Shown: positions 37,101 through 50,136 of the stretch, piece after piece
Layout of the letters: the number at the start of each line of letters is the position of its first letter
How positions within the stretch are numbered: position 1 is the stretch's first letter
From: Chlorokybus atmophyticus
Taxonomy: Eukaryota > Plantae > Mesostigma and Chlorokybus algae
Direction of reading: 5' to 3'
DNA: 56,250 nucleotides
Assembly (NCBI GenBank): GCA_009103225.1
Contig: RHPI01000053.1
Coordinates: 1-56,250 of the forward strand
Position numbers and translations under genes: made by a program
Notes under the pieces: model-generated
What the model saw: only the letters and a program-made list of their open reading frames with translations
Told to the model about the DNA's origin: nothing
Database searches by the model: none

Positions 37101-38354
37101 CGGCCGGGAACTCCTGATCCCTCTCCACACGTAACACGTCCCCCACTTCAACCTGCAATGGACGGTACTCGGTACCCAATCACAAAGCTTGAGGCCCTTA
37201 ACAGGCCTTGTGAGCTGTTCTTGCGTGTGTGCGTGCGACTTGATTGCCATTTTTCTATGAAGAGGTGAAGTCACTGCTTGCACTCACCTCCAACCATGGG
37301 ATGTTGACCCAATCGGCCCCTCTCAACGCCTTCACCTTGCGCCCGTTGACCGCCCTGCGCCGGGGGCACATGTTGATGTGAGTAACTTGTACCCGCGTGT
37401 GATGCACATCATACATGCATACACAGATGTGGGCGTACACACACGAGTACAAGTATCGATCCACAATAACACACATATGTGTACGCATGTACGCACGGGT
37501 GTGCACACCTATGCTATGCTCCGATGCATGTCATGCTGTATGCAATGTGGGCACATACATTGCCCAATCTGATAGTAACAAACAATGCGAATCCCGTCAC
37601 TCATTACCTGTCGCTCTGGTGGCGGGCATAGTCATCCCACGCCTCTTTACACCCGTTCACCGTGAGCACGACGGCCAGCGGGAATATCGTGCCCACCGGC
37701 GATGTCGGCGTCAGCCCGGGTATCACCTAGATAAGAATAAGATTCAATCACATTTAGACCAATGCTCGACAATCTTGGCTATGTGTGTGTATGTGCGCGC
37801 GCGCGCGCGCGCGCGTGTGTGGCTTCTTACGTGCCACCACCACCATCACTATCAACAACAGCAACAACAACAACAGTGTCTACAACAACATGCCTGGAGA
37901 AAGCCTATGAAGAGGAAGTAGAGGTTGGCCACGCGGCAGAACTGTTGGAAGAGGTTGACGGGGAGGAAAGTCAGCGCCGTGTACTTGCTCGTCGTGATGG
38001 AGTTGCCAACATACCTGTTGTGTACATCGATTTCAATTGACAACTTCAACACAACACAACAACATAAAAACCAACACAACGCTACTACTGCTACTCACTC
38101 CAAGCGCTTCTTCTTGTCCGCTCTTTCGCTGAAGTCTTTTATGTGAAGGCGCCTGAACTGGCGATTATGGTGCTGGCACAGGGATTGAGTGTCACGATGT
38201 GGTTTCAAGTGTTGATGTTGTGTCGACCAACAGTGCTCACCTCAGAGGGTGAGGTGGTTATTTGGTCGTCCCCCGACTCGGCTGGCGTGATGGGCAGAAC
38301 CGCCTCTTCCAGCCTTGTGGGATGATGATTCAGCGCAGCATACAACCTTATCAT
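31157..38354 (-). CDS. ALA: P4-type ATPase (phospholipid flippase, ALA/Drs2/ATP8 family), more than 20 exons
   Basis: Motifs occur in order on the minus strand: [147 protein letters not shown]. The first and last exons are less certain. Confidence 0.95.
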
Positions 38355-39942
38355 GTTTGTACGTGCAGAAGCAAAACAACATCATTGTTGACTCATACAA
38401 GCAGGCACGCATGCACACACACTGTGTAGCAAGCATGCGCTCATGTCACACACCCACGCGTTCACTGCTGGCTTGCACGACCGTGCAGCAGTAACTTCAC
38501 TACAAAGCTGAACAGAGACTTGTACAAGATTGATACAGAAACTGTTCAGCAAGCTTGATGAGCAGTAAGGTGTTCAACACCACCCCTCGGCAAGCTCGCT
38601 CACGTGCACCACATGAGCACTTGGTAAGTAGTATTGCGCGACACAAGTTTGTGCGTGATGCGACACACACATTGCAGGTGGCATTCAATATCGTCGACAG
38701 CAACAGTGACGACAGCAACTATCACATTGACAACAACACGGACAGCAGCAGCAGTAGCAGCACCATAAGCGTCAACAACAACAACAACAAAGCTCTTTCT
38801 ACCTGGAATGCTGGAAGGGAGACCTGATCAGCGCCCTTATCGACCTGACCAGAGCGTTATCGCTCAAAGACGCCCCCATTGTTGCAACCACTGCCAACCA
38901 CTACTGCGAAACTGACTTCCAGCTGGCAAAGTAGCAGTCGTTTGGGTTTGACCCAACAGGCGGCCCAAACCCTCCCTTAAGCTGGGCGGTGTACATAGGC
39001 TAAACACGCAAATGAGCTCTTCTTAGGCAAAACCAGTAGCACTAATGCTTGCGTTGGCTTCTAGAGAAGCAAGCACCTAATGTGAAAGATACCTAGTGCA
39101 ATTTTGACATTAGCTCATTGCCCAGTGCGACGTTTGCTAAATCAACAGCTCTGACTGCGCCAGGCTTGTGCTTCCCAGAGAGAGAGAGCAACAATGAAGC
39201 AGCTCAGCCTAGGGCCGCTGGGCGCTCAAGTCAATCAGCAGTCACAGGGTGAGGCTGCGCCTGCCAGAAACAAACACAACTGTGTCAACCCTTTGACGCT
39301 GTGCAAGCATTATTGTGTCAACCAAACGTCTCCAGCAGGGTCCACCTCCGCCTCCGCCTCCTCCTCCTCCTCCTCCGCCGCGTTGATGTTGGCTGCCTGG
39401 CAGCTGTGGGCCATGGCCAGGGCTTAGGTCTAGTAGTTTTTGACCAAAGCGAGAGATCAATTTGTGGGGGGTGTCAAATTTGGAACGTTGGGTCGAGCCC
39501 GTGATGAAAATTGTCCCAGCGCAAATTGTCATGTTGAAGCCTTCGATTCATGAATTTGAAAGGTCCATCACTGAGTCAGTGTCACCGACACACATTGCAC
39601 GCTGGTAGGCTCGAGCGCAACTGCTATGCTTATATATGTAGCGACAATTGCGGCGTCGCTGCGTGTAAGCAGCCAATCGAGGATAGCCACGCCTTGCAAG
39701 CCGACACTTTGGCCCGCCGTCTTCCCGTCGTCTTGCACCAACGCCGACAGTCGGTGCATTGATGTAGTATTCCTATACAGGAGACCGCGTCACGTGCGCT
39801 GATGAAGCTGCAGGGACTAATTATAGCACAGCCGGCGGCGGCGGCGACATTGTTGGTGTCCTCGTTGTCGTTGATATCGTTGGAGAAAGCGGAGCAGGAG
39901 GAGTCCAAGCAGGGAGAGTGGGACAGGGGAGCTATCCCTCCG

Positions 39943-41296
39943 ATGGACAGCGACGAGCTCGCCCTCGCTGCCGTGATTGGTTTCGGCGGCCGCGTCCCAG
40001 CAGGGTTGCTGCTGAGGCATTACCAAGATGAGCAAGATGAGGGGAGGGTCAAGACGAGCATGGTGTACCCGCTAGGGAGCACCATTGTGATGAGGGAGAT
40101 GAACGCGCCGGCTGCACAGCAGAGCTTCTTGCAGGTAGAGGGGGTTTGCGGAGTGTGAAGACGTGGTGGGGGTGGGGGTGCTGTGATTGTTGTTGTTGTG
40201 GTAGGTGGAGGCAGGGCGTTCGCGTCATGACGGGTTCACGTGTGTACTTGACATGGTTGTGTGAGCCATGGGTTTATGGGTGTTCAAGTTGTTGGTATGC
40301 TCAGTTGTGGGTTTTGTGTCAAAATAACTTGGTGTCCATGATCTTAGGTTGATTTGATTGTGTATGCTGTGAAGCTTAAGTTTGCAGTCGTCCCGTACCA
40401 CCATGAGCAACGTTGCTGCATACTTGTGCCAGCTACACTACCATTGCTCTGCGTGCAAAACACAGTCAGTTGTTCACATCCACGCAGTCGTCATGGCCAT
40501 GCCGCCATGCCCCCCTTCCACCCACCCACCCCCACCCACTCAGGGCCACAGCGACAACGTCTCCTGCCTCGCCCTCTCCCCCTCCGGCCGCCTCCTCGCC
40601 TCCGGCCAGGTGACCTACATGGGTTTCAGCGCCGACATCATCGTGTGGGACCTGGCCACGGGGACCCTACTCCACAGGATGAGCCTGCACAAGGTCAAGG
40701 TGCAGGCTCTAGCCTTCAGCGCAAACGAGAGGTAGAGTTTGTTGGCTCATCGTTTTTGTTTTCAACATTGTTTTCCTGGGTTTCTTTCGTTGTTTATTTT
40801 TGAGTATACATAGGTATGGTTTGGATTTGGTTGCCTGTTTTGGGTTATTTGTCCGAAGCCACGTTGGGGAGCCAATAGTAGCAGCGTGCAATGCAGTACA
40901 CACACACACACCACCCAGGTACCTGGCTTCCCTGGGCGGTCAGGACGACAACAACCTGGTGGTCTGGGACGTCGAGTCGGGGAAGGCCATCTGCGGCAGC
41001 CCCACCGCGACCGACTTCGTGCTGACGGTCGCGTTCTTCCGGGGGACGCACACCAGGCTGGTGACGGCGGGGAACGGGAACCTGACGGTGTGGGAGTTTG
41101 ACAGGGACAACAGGAAGGTGAGAGGGGAGGGTGTGGGTGGGTGTCTAGCGCAGTCTGACCAACAGTATTTTGTACACCGTGGACACCGTGTTACATACAG
41201 CACCACGCGCACAGGACAGCACACATCCCACACGCGACACACCCTGCAGGTCACAGCATCCATGCTCTCAACAACGTTTCCCTCTTTGTTCCTTTC

Positions 41297-41330
<34 letters not shown>

Positions 41331-44300
41331 GGTGCGGCCTCAGGAGTGCCATCTGGGCCAGCTGAAGCGCCTGACCCACACGATCGCGATCGACGCCAGC
41401 GACGAGTTCGTGTACGCGGGAACTGCCTCGGGCGACCTCATGCAGGTTGGGGGATGAGAGAGGATGAAGCGGGTTGGATGGAGTGGGGTTGGAGTAGCAG
41501 TGGGGTTGGGGATGACACGTGTGGGGTGCAGGTGTCACTCAAGCAAAGGTTGTTCAAGAACTCCGGACCGGCCGCACCGAAACACATCTCACAGGTAGAG
41601 TGTTGAGCTTGTGTTGAGCTTGCATAGTTGTGTATGTACATGTCTGGGTGTTGTGCTCGCCTGTGTGCACATGCATATTTGCATGCTTATGTGTACATGT
41701 GCATAAGTAAAGCAAAAGCGCAAGTGCTTGCAGACGTGTGTGCTCACGTGTGCATATCTGTGTGCCCATATACAAGCCGTATTTGCCCATCATTCCAACA
41801 GACTCAACACGCAGGGCATCGTGTCGAGCGTTTTGCTGCCGAGCGGCGACATCCTTGTGGGTGGCGGTGACGGCACGATCGCGCTCATCCCCAAGGCCAC
41901 GCTGAAGGTCCGCGCCGAGACCCGCGTCGACTCCGCTGTCACCTCCCTCACTCTCACGCGGGTAAGCGTGTTGTTGAGTGCGTGTGTGAAGGAAGGAAGT
42001 TGTGTTTGGGACTTATGGTTGATGGTGTTCATCAGGATCAATGGAGCGACGGGTCGTTCACGTTTTATGCAGGAACGGCTCAATGCAACATCTTCTTATG
42101 CAAGTGAGTGACATGGACTGTGCAGTTGTTGTTTACCAGGAGTGACTCAAGCCACACACACACACACACACACGCAACTACACGCACGTATGTACACGAG
42201 CGCGCAAAGACATGCAGTGGCCAAAGCAACACACACACACATGCATCTACGCGCACGTCCATGCGCAGACGCAGACGCACACGCATCTACATGCACGTAT
42301 GTACGTACACACGCACGCATGCACCCACAAATCAACCTATCCACCAACAGGTACGATGCGAAGGCAAACGCTGTGACTTGGCAGCAGGTCCAGACTTGCC
42401 ACGCGGATCGCATCAACGACGTGGCGTTCCCGGACGGTTATGGGGCCGTGTTCGCCACGTGTTCCAAGGGAGATATCCGCGTCTGGCACGCCATCGAGTG
42501 CAAAGAACTCCTGCGCATACAGGTGAGTATTAGTCACAGCACAGAGTGAATGCAGTGTTATATGATGATAACTGTTGAACACATACATAAGCTACTATCC
42601 ACCATCATATGCTGAACCAACTTGTTGCATTGATACACCAACTGCTGGTGATGCAACGCAGCGCAGTTGTTGCTACTGGCACTTAACTACTGTTAGCTCC
42701 AGTGCCAGTTCCAGTATTGACATCATGTCGCCAGCATCGCTGATGCCACCGGCAGCTGCATAGTACTGGTAGCGCAGTACATAGTGTACTGTGCGCAATG
42801 CAGCAGAGAGGCCTCAAGGCAGTCTAGATCAGTTTCAGTAGGAAGCAACCACGGTGCCCTGAAACAACGACATAACACCACCACCACCACCACTAACAAC
42901 AACAACACTGTACAACAGCATAGCATAGCATCCCAAGCCCAATGCCCGAAAGACACCAACACACTATCCCCCCCTCCCCCGCAGGTCCCGAACGCCGAGT
43001 GTCTCTGCGTGTGCTTCTCCAAGGACGGTTCCTCCCTCGTCTCCGGCTGGGGCGACGGCAAGGTGCGCGCGTTCGGTCCCCAGAGCGGCAAGCTGCTGTA
43101 CGCCATCAACGACGCGCACTCCGCCGTCACGGCCATCGCGGCCACGACGAGGGGGGATAGAGTAATAACGGGGGGGAAAGAGGGACAGGTGAGGGGAGGG
43201 GGAGATGTTGTTGGGGAAGTATTAAGGGTCTTGTTTGAGGGAGTCACATGTGTGAACAATGTAACACATACAGGTGCGAGTTTGGAGGATTGGCAAGCAG
43301 AGTCAGTCGATGATCGCGTCGATGAAGGAGCACAAGTCGTCCGTGAATGCCATCCATGTAAGCTTGTGCTATTTTTCAGGCTCGCTGGCTCCTCGGATGG
43401 TTGTTCTTTGGCCAAGTGTTTGTGTGCTATTTGTTTTGACCTGTGTATGCACACACGCATGCAGGTGAGGCGCAATGACAGCGAGTGCGTGAGTGCCAGC
43501 AGCGATGGCTCGTGCATCATTTGGGACCTGAACGTAAGCTTGCGATGCGTTTCTTTTCTCAGGCAACAACATGTGCTGCTGTACACATGCTGTCCGAACA
43601 CCACACGACTCACCTTTATGCATCGCATGCAGAGATTTGCGCGCAACAACAGCGTATTCGCCAGCACATTCTTCAAGTCCATTTTGTATCATCCCGACGA
43701 GAGCCAGCTTCTCACAACCGGCACAGACCGAAAGGTAAGAACTGAACAGACAATGCACATACACATCAATGCACTGGTTATCTCATCCAGCTACCATGGG
43801 GCCTATAAGTCGCTGGTAGATGGGTGTGAGACGTGTGCCATGCACTATGCTGTACAATCAGCAATACCATTCTCCATTCGATGCAACTTCACTGGTTGAG
43901 ACTGAACAACTCTCTCCCACCGCGTGCAGATCACATACTGGGACGCATTTGACGGCCAGGCAATTCGTGTTTTGGACGGTTCGCTGAGCGCAGCGCTGAA
44001 TGCGCTGGCGATATCTCCCGACGGGGTGGCCTTCGTGTCCGGAGGAGATGACAAGGATGTCCGGCTGTGGGGCTACGATGATGGCGTGTGCCACGCTACC
44101 GGGAAAGGCCACTCAGGAGCAATAACCAAGGTAGGAGGACACTCACTTCTTGGTTCACATACTTGGTGGCAGTTGCGCAACGCACAGTCACATGCATGCT
44201 TGGTGTTGTACAATGATTGCGGGCATGCACAATGTGTGCGCGCATGCGTGCGTGTACAGAAAATGCGCAAGACGTACGCACATGCACGCCACATGGGCAT

Positions 44301-44565
44301 GGGTGTACACGTGACTGGGCATGGGTGTATGCACAAGCTACTGACATAGTCACACAATACATGCGCCAACAAGCATTGATACAGGAGTACATAAACACAT
44401 GCACACTTAGCATGATGCACCATATGAAGGATCTGACGGACATGCTGCGCTGCTGTGCAGGTGAAGATTAGTCCGGACCAGACCAGAATCGTGTCTGTCG
44501 GCGCTGAAGGTGCCGTCTTCATCTGGGCTTATCCACAAAACCTGCAGCTTATGAGCGCCTCATGA
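39943..44565 (+). CDS. CFAP52: Cilia- and flagella-associated protein 52 (WDR16/FAP52, WD40 microtubule inner protein), 14 exons
   Basis: Spliced product: ELALAAVIGFGGRVPAGL...YPLGSTIV...GHSDNVSCLALSPSGRLLASGQVTYMGFSADIIVWD...LHKVKVQALAFS...YLASLGGQDD...TCHADRINDVAFP...SLVSGWGDGKVRAFGPQSGKLLYAINDAH...YHPDESQLLTTGTDRKITYWDAFDGQAIR...GHSGAITKVKISPDQTRIVSVGAEGAVFIW. Confidence 0.95.
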
Positions 44566-44715
44566 GTTGGAATGAGGGGCTTATTATACGTTATTCGCTA
44601 GCGTCTGGATAGTACTGCTGTTTGCTGTTTACCTTGTTAATACAGTGTTTGTCAACTGCACATTGCAGCAACCACAGGTCACGACATATCCCTCGTGCAT
44701 TACATGCACACTGGG

Positions 44716-44814
44716 CCTACGGCATCCAATCAAAACAACAACTAGGACATGTGTTACACGTAGCAACTGATATATTGGGCTTGTTCTCATGCTTCGCACA
44801 CACTGCTTGTGTAT
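44716..44814 (+). repeat. 99-bp exact direct repeat, copy 1 (copy 2 at 54736-54834)
   Basis: Identical sequence CCTACGGCATCCAATC...CACTGCTTGTGTAT at both loci. Confidence 0.95.
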
Positions 44815-44901
44815 GTGTTCAGCATGAATTAGCATTTCTGTGTCTTATACAGTGACATGCAGCGCACACAGACGAGTATTGTAAGCATGAACAATTGATA
44901 T

Positions 44902-47900
44902 TCATCGTGAAGGTTCTGAGTTATCGGAATCATCAAAGTGATTCTGTCTTGGGTACTTGCTGTGGTTGTTGTTGTTGTTGCGCTCTGCATATGGCTCTGA
45001 ATACCGCTGCACATGCAGAACATGATAATCAAGTCAGCATTGAAGGCAAAGCTGCACAACAGACTCACAACTGGACAAGCAGGACAAGCATGTGCAAGAC
45101 GGACACCACCTTTAGAAATGAGAGACTGGACTCATAGCCTTGCAATATGCCTTATGCGTTTACCACGAGCAAACATGAAACCACTGATAACTGATGGAAA
45201 CCTCATGACCAAGAACTTGGGTTATCAAGCAGTGGCATCAAGCAGTGGCACGTAATAATAGATGTGTATGTTGCAGCATGCATCCCGGTGCACACCTGTA
45301 GCTACTCACCTGATTGCTGCCATCTGGACCAGCGCTGCCTGCGTTGTTTTGCACCCCCCTATCAGCATCCGTTGAAACTTGTGCTCCACCTCTTGTTGAT
45401 CGTTCTGACTGGCGTGCGTAGGGCACCACCTGTATGATGTTTACGTCATTTGGCAAGTCAGCGACATGCTGCTGTGCTTTCATCACTGCATCATGACACA
45501 GCACAGTGCATGTGCTTTGCACTCATAAACCTGCTGGAAGCGGTTGTGCAGCTGCTGTATTTCTTTGTATGCTGCATCCAAGTACGTCTCTAATTCCTGC
45601 CACGTGAGGGTATATATACACACTTGGTCGGAACAACAGTATCACAACCTGATGCTACAATAGAACCAGGTGGCAACATACGATGATGCATACACACCCT
45701 TGTTTTAACCTCCAAAAGCTCCAGCCTTCTGTCACCCATTTCTGATTTGCGCGTCAACATATCCACCTGCCAAAGCACTGCACTGTCTACACCAGGAGAC
45801 AAATAAAACTTTCCATTTCATCCTACAAGTGGTGGTCAAAACGCCCTGTCCAACCTGCTGTTTCAAGAGTGTTTGTCGCTCATTTGCATCCTGCAGCTCG
45901 TAGTACAACTGGAGCAAGACGCAGCCATCAATTGAACCCACAGAACTCACCCAACCAAAAGCGCAGCATGCTGTCTATGAGATTATTTGAACACGAAGCT
46001 GCTAACATCATCGGCCTTACTTGCTGAGAGCCACTCGCACTCAGAGGCGCAACCTCCAAGGCTGGTCTGCACCACACAGCGGTTACTACAATGACTGATA
46101 CGGCACTCTTCCCCCAAACCCACATCAACACAACAGGCATGACAAATCAGGTAGCCTACCTTGCTATGCGTGGAGAAGGGTTTCTGTGTCGAACTTCAGC
46201 AACCGGCCTGCGCAGCTCAGGGCTTCTTGGCCTGCGCATATCATGGACCACAGCTCTATGAGCATCCGGGCTTCTGGGTCTCCATGGCTCAGGGCTTCTG
46301 GTCCTCTGTAATGGAGGGCTTCGTGGTCTGGGCACCGTTGGGGGGCTTCTTCCCCTGCGGCCTTCGGGGCTTCTGGGTCTGCGCAACTGAGGGCTGCGAG
46401 GCCTGTATGCTGGAGGAATCACTTGCGGCCTGCGCAGCTCAGGGCTTGGACCCCGGAAGAGATCAGGGGCTTGATGCCTGTGCATTTCATGGGAGCTTCT
46501 CTCTCTCGGCAAGTGTACGTCTGGAGCTCTGGACCTATGGCCCTCCAGGTCTCTCTGCCTGTGTAGTGAATTTGACGGCCTGTGTGGTGGACTTGACTGC
46601 CTATTGGTTTCAGGACTCATGCGTTGTCTGGGCGGCTCTGAGCTCGCGGGCTTGGAAAGCTCGGTGCTCTCAGGCCTCTGCTCGAGACCCTCTGGCTTGC
46701 GCGATTCAATGCCGTGCGGGCTGTACCGATCAGCGCTTGCTAGTGTTGGCGTCGTGGCTCTTGCTGGCTGCGCTTCACTAGCGTTGACAGGTTGCGGCGG
46801 CTCAGAGCTGTGAACTGGAACTGGAAGAGGCATGCTTGTCTGCTCTACGGGTGCTGGCGTCATGGTGCGAGCAAACGTGTCTTCACTATTCCTGCAAGAA
46901 GTATACATCAGAACTTCAAGTGTCATTGAAAGGTCGATTGATGCAGAGCAACCAGTATGCATGCACCTCGTCACTGGTGAAGGGCTGCTTGTGCGTCTGC
47001 GCTTGGCCTCCACCGGTGATGGGGACGGGCTTCTACTATGCAAGATGTCAGTGGCTGCTAGTTGAGATCATTGGGAACAGCAACAATAAGATTGCTTTGC
47101 AGATAGGCAATGTGACACCTTTGCAGCATTTTGTCATTGGAGGCGCCGTTTATGGGTGGCGGCGGGGGCGGAGGTGGTGGCAACTGTTGGCGGGTGTCAC
47201 TGCGATCAGCTCGTACAGGAGACCGTTCTGCTTAGCCAGTCGACCAAACGTCAGCCAGATGCCAATCACTTGACTACACAACTTCATAACGTGTATACCA
47301 GAACGACGATGTTGCTCCTCATTCCGCTGTAAGCGGCGCTTATCAAAGCCAGGTGGAGCAATGGCTTGATCTCGTCTTCTGCGCATGTCACAACGCAAAT
47401 GTCACAACACAAGTGCTGCAACAGGATGGCATGCTGAGAAACTCATGAGTGTGATGTAAATCTTGCATACAGGCAATGCTGCTTCACCTGCGTCTACCAG
47501 GCACAATGTCTGCTGCCTGGTTTGCAACTTTTATGGAGACAGGGCGCCCTTCTATGTCCTTCGGACACGACAAGCACAGAGATGGATAAGTGTGGTGCCA
47601 AGGACACTGTTGCCATGCTCAGTGCATGTGAAGTGAGGGCGTGACATCGTACACAGCGCAAGTTGGAGCCCGTTATGGTTGTGGTTGCCAACTCTGACAG
47701 AGCAGGACAGCGACAAGCACTGCATTAGATGACTCTACTGTCTGTGCAGCAGTACCTCCGGACCGAAATTGAGTGCGCGCTCCCATGCATCCTTGGACTG
47801 GAATGTAATGAAGGCATAACCTAGAGACTTGTGTGTATCCTTGTGCCGTTTAATCTACAAAGCAAAGCGCCGCTCAGCGACACCGTGTAGGGCTGTACAG

Positions 47901-48104
47901 TCATGGCAATCACCTTTCATGGCACTAAGTGCATGCATTGGTCACCACACCCTCCATTGATCATCAACAAGCTTTGCCAGTGCTTGCCTGCAGCTTCTCA
48001 ATTTCACCAAAGCGTTGAAACACGTCCAAAAGTTGGCGCTCATTCGTAGAATGCCGCAACCCGCCCACGAACAACTCAAAGGCGGGAGGTGCGGAGGAGC
48101 CCAT
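44902..48104 (-). CDS. RRM-domain protein with RS/RP-rich (RxRSPE) repeats and a C-terminal coiled coil
   Basis: This RRM is not apparent in the ORF track. Spliced exons give ELFVGGLRHSTNERQLLDVFQRFGEIEKLQ | IKRHKDTHKSLGYAFITFQSKDAWERALNFGPE | DIEGRPVSIKVA (RNP2, RNP1, beta4). Then follow a Pro/Arg/Ser-rich exon (~47036-46154) and LYYELQDANERQTLLKQQ-type helical exons. The ends are tentative. Confidence 0.8.
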
Positions 48105-49284
48105 GGGTGGAGGTTTGGAACTCAACGTCCTGTCAGCTCAAATTTGCCCGAGCTCCGCAATATAGCAACAACAATATGCTATGAACAGATTTCCACAGCT
48201 GTACTGCAACAGCACGTCTGATGCTGCTGCCACCGTGTCAAAGCAAGCTTATGCCCAACATGCGAGCAGTTGAACTTCTACTTCCAGCACTGTAGAAACT
48301 CAACCCTAATCAACCCTTCAGCTGTGCAACATGCATGTGTTTGCAGGTGACAATGCGGCTGCGACGGCAAGTCGATATGTTTGCCAGCTTGCCAAGCGAA
48401 TGCTACTATATATCTGAGTTTCATTCATAGGAGGGACCACTCCTGCAAGCCAGCAGTACCAGGCCGTCGCAGACAGCCTGATAGCATTAGGTTGGTGCAG
48501 CCATCAGGCGGAGGCATGCAAAAAGAGCCAAGCACACGCCTCCGTCAAGCAATTGTGCGCTTACCACACCAAGCGAAAACACCACCAGCCCCTTCGCGTG
48601 TAGCCTTGTCTCACCGCCGCCGCCGCCGGACCAACCGTCGTACCTTCCCGCCCGCCCAGGCACACTCTCCGTGTGAGATTGCAGTACAGTTAGCATGCAA
48701 CCTTTAATGTGGTTTCCTGTTGCATAGCTTGACACATGATGATGCGTTGCCCATGTAATATGAGTCAGTTTACTGCAGTGGCTCGCTGTGACCTTCACAG
48801 TGAGGGCGCAATGCGCAGCCAGGAGCGCCCAAAGTGCTGCTGCACAATGTGCATTTGCCAAACTTGAGGAGGTTTGTCAAGTCCACGTTGAACAATGCAT
48901 TGTCATTGTCGAATGGTCATTGCGCATAGCGCATTAAGCTTCACGTCTCGATTTGGGTTCACCTAATTGTTGAACGAATGACATTGAGAACAGCAAAAAG
49001 CTTCACATCTACATTGAGAAGTAGGGCACACTTATTTTGCAACTTGCGCATGCACACAGGCATGGCGCATGTAGCTAACAATGGTCAGCCTTTGCGGTGA
49101 CTCAGCATAGAGCACCCTCATAGCATGATAAAGCACATGCCGTTTGAAAGTGCACACCTTGCATGCATTATAGGTTGTATTGTGTACTACGATTCCTCTA
49201 GGCAGGTACATGCTCAAATGACTGCCGGCAGCACATGCAAGTCACTTCTGCCGAACGCTGTGACTTGCCTGCAGACACGCACGC

Positions 49285-50136
49285 TCACGCCAACATGCTT
49301 AACAACACCCACACTACTGTGGCACCGCCAAGTGCGCCAGCCGAGTCAGCTAGCAAGTCATAGATTGAGCTACTGCGATGAGGCAAGAATGCTTGAACTG
49401 CCTCCTTCAACAACGAGTGCAACGCAATGCTCGCAAACACCACAGCAACGTAATTCTGGTCTAAGTGTCTCCACGGCATTTTGGGACCACGATAACCGGC
49501 ACGGCGAGCGTGTGAGAGAAACCATGTCGCGGATATGCCAGCATACATGCCAAAATGCTGCAATTTGTCCAACGGTATGGCTTTTGTTGGGGGTGTCATG
49601 GATGGAGGAGAGAACACCGAGAACCACGTGCATGCGGCAATTAGTGCGTAGCTGGCGACCAAAGTTGGTATGCGCAGCGTGTCCACAAGGACGGAGTGCA
49701 ATGGGTGCCTTGGCATAGCAGGTGAAGCCTGTAATATCAGCAGTAACAGTGCCTGTGCTTGCGCCAGATGTGCACCTGTGTACAGTTAGCCACCAATCAC
49801 ACAGCAATACAAGCAGACAAAGTTCAATTTCAATGCAGTAGCAATCGTTGGGTCTGCTTTGTGACAGATGTCATGTGGACTGAGAAGGTATTCTGCCAGC
49901 ATTGTGTGACATTGCTAATAATACGACCGGTCCATGTAAGCAGCCAGCATTACCAGACTAGTACACACGCAGGGCAATCTGTGCATTCTTTGCATGTTAC
50001 ACGAGACCTGACCAGCAGCATTCCAGGTCAACGCAGACGCTACTGCGCCTCCTGAAAGCAGCGCACTCACCGCAGCAGTCCAAAACGTGATACCATGCAC
50101 TGCCAGGCAAGTGGTTACCAAATGCACCCGAAGCAT
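49285..50136 (-). CDS. VanZ-like family small membrane protein
   Basis: Main exon 49728-49285 encodes DKLQHFGMYAGIS...LKEAVQAFLPHRSSSIYDLLADSAGALGG, the D-K-x-x-H-F / E-x-x-Q-x-F-x-P-x-R / D-L-x-A-D-x-x-G pattern. An upstream exon at 50136-50071 is plausible but tentative. Confidence 0.75.
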
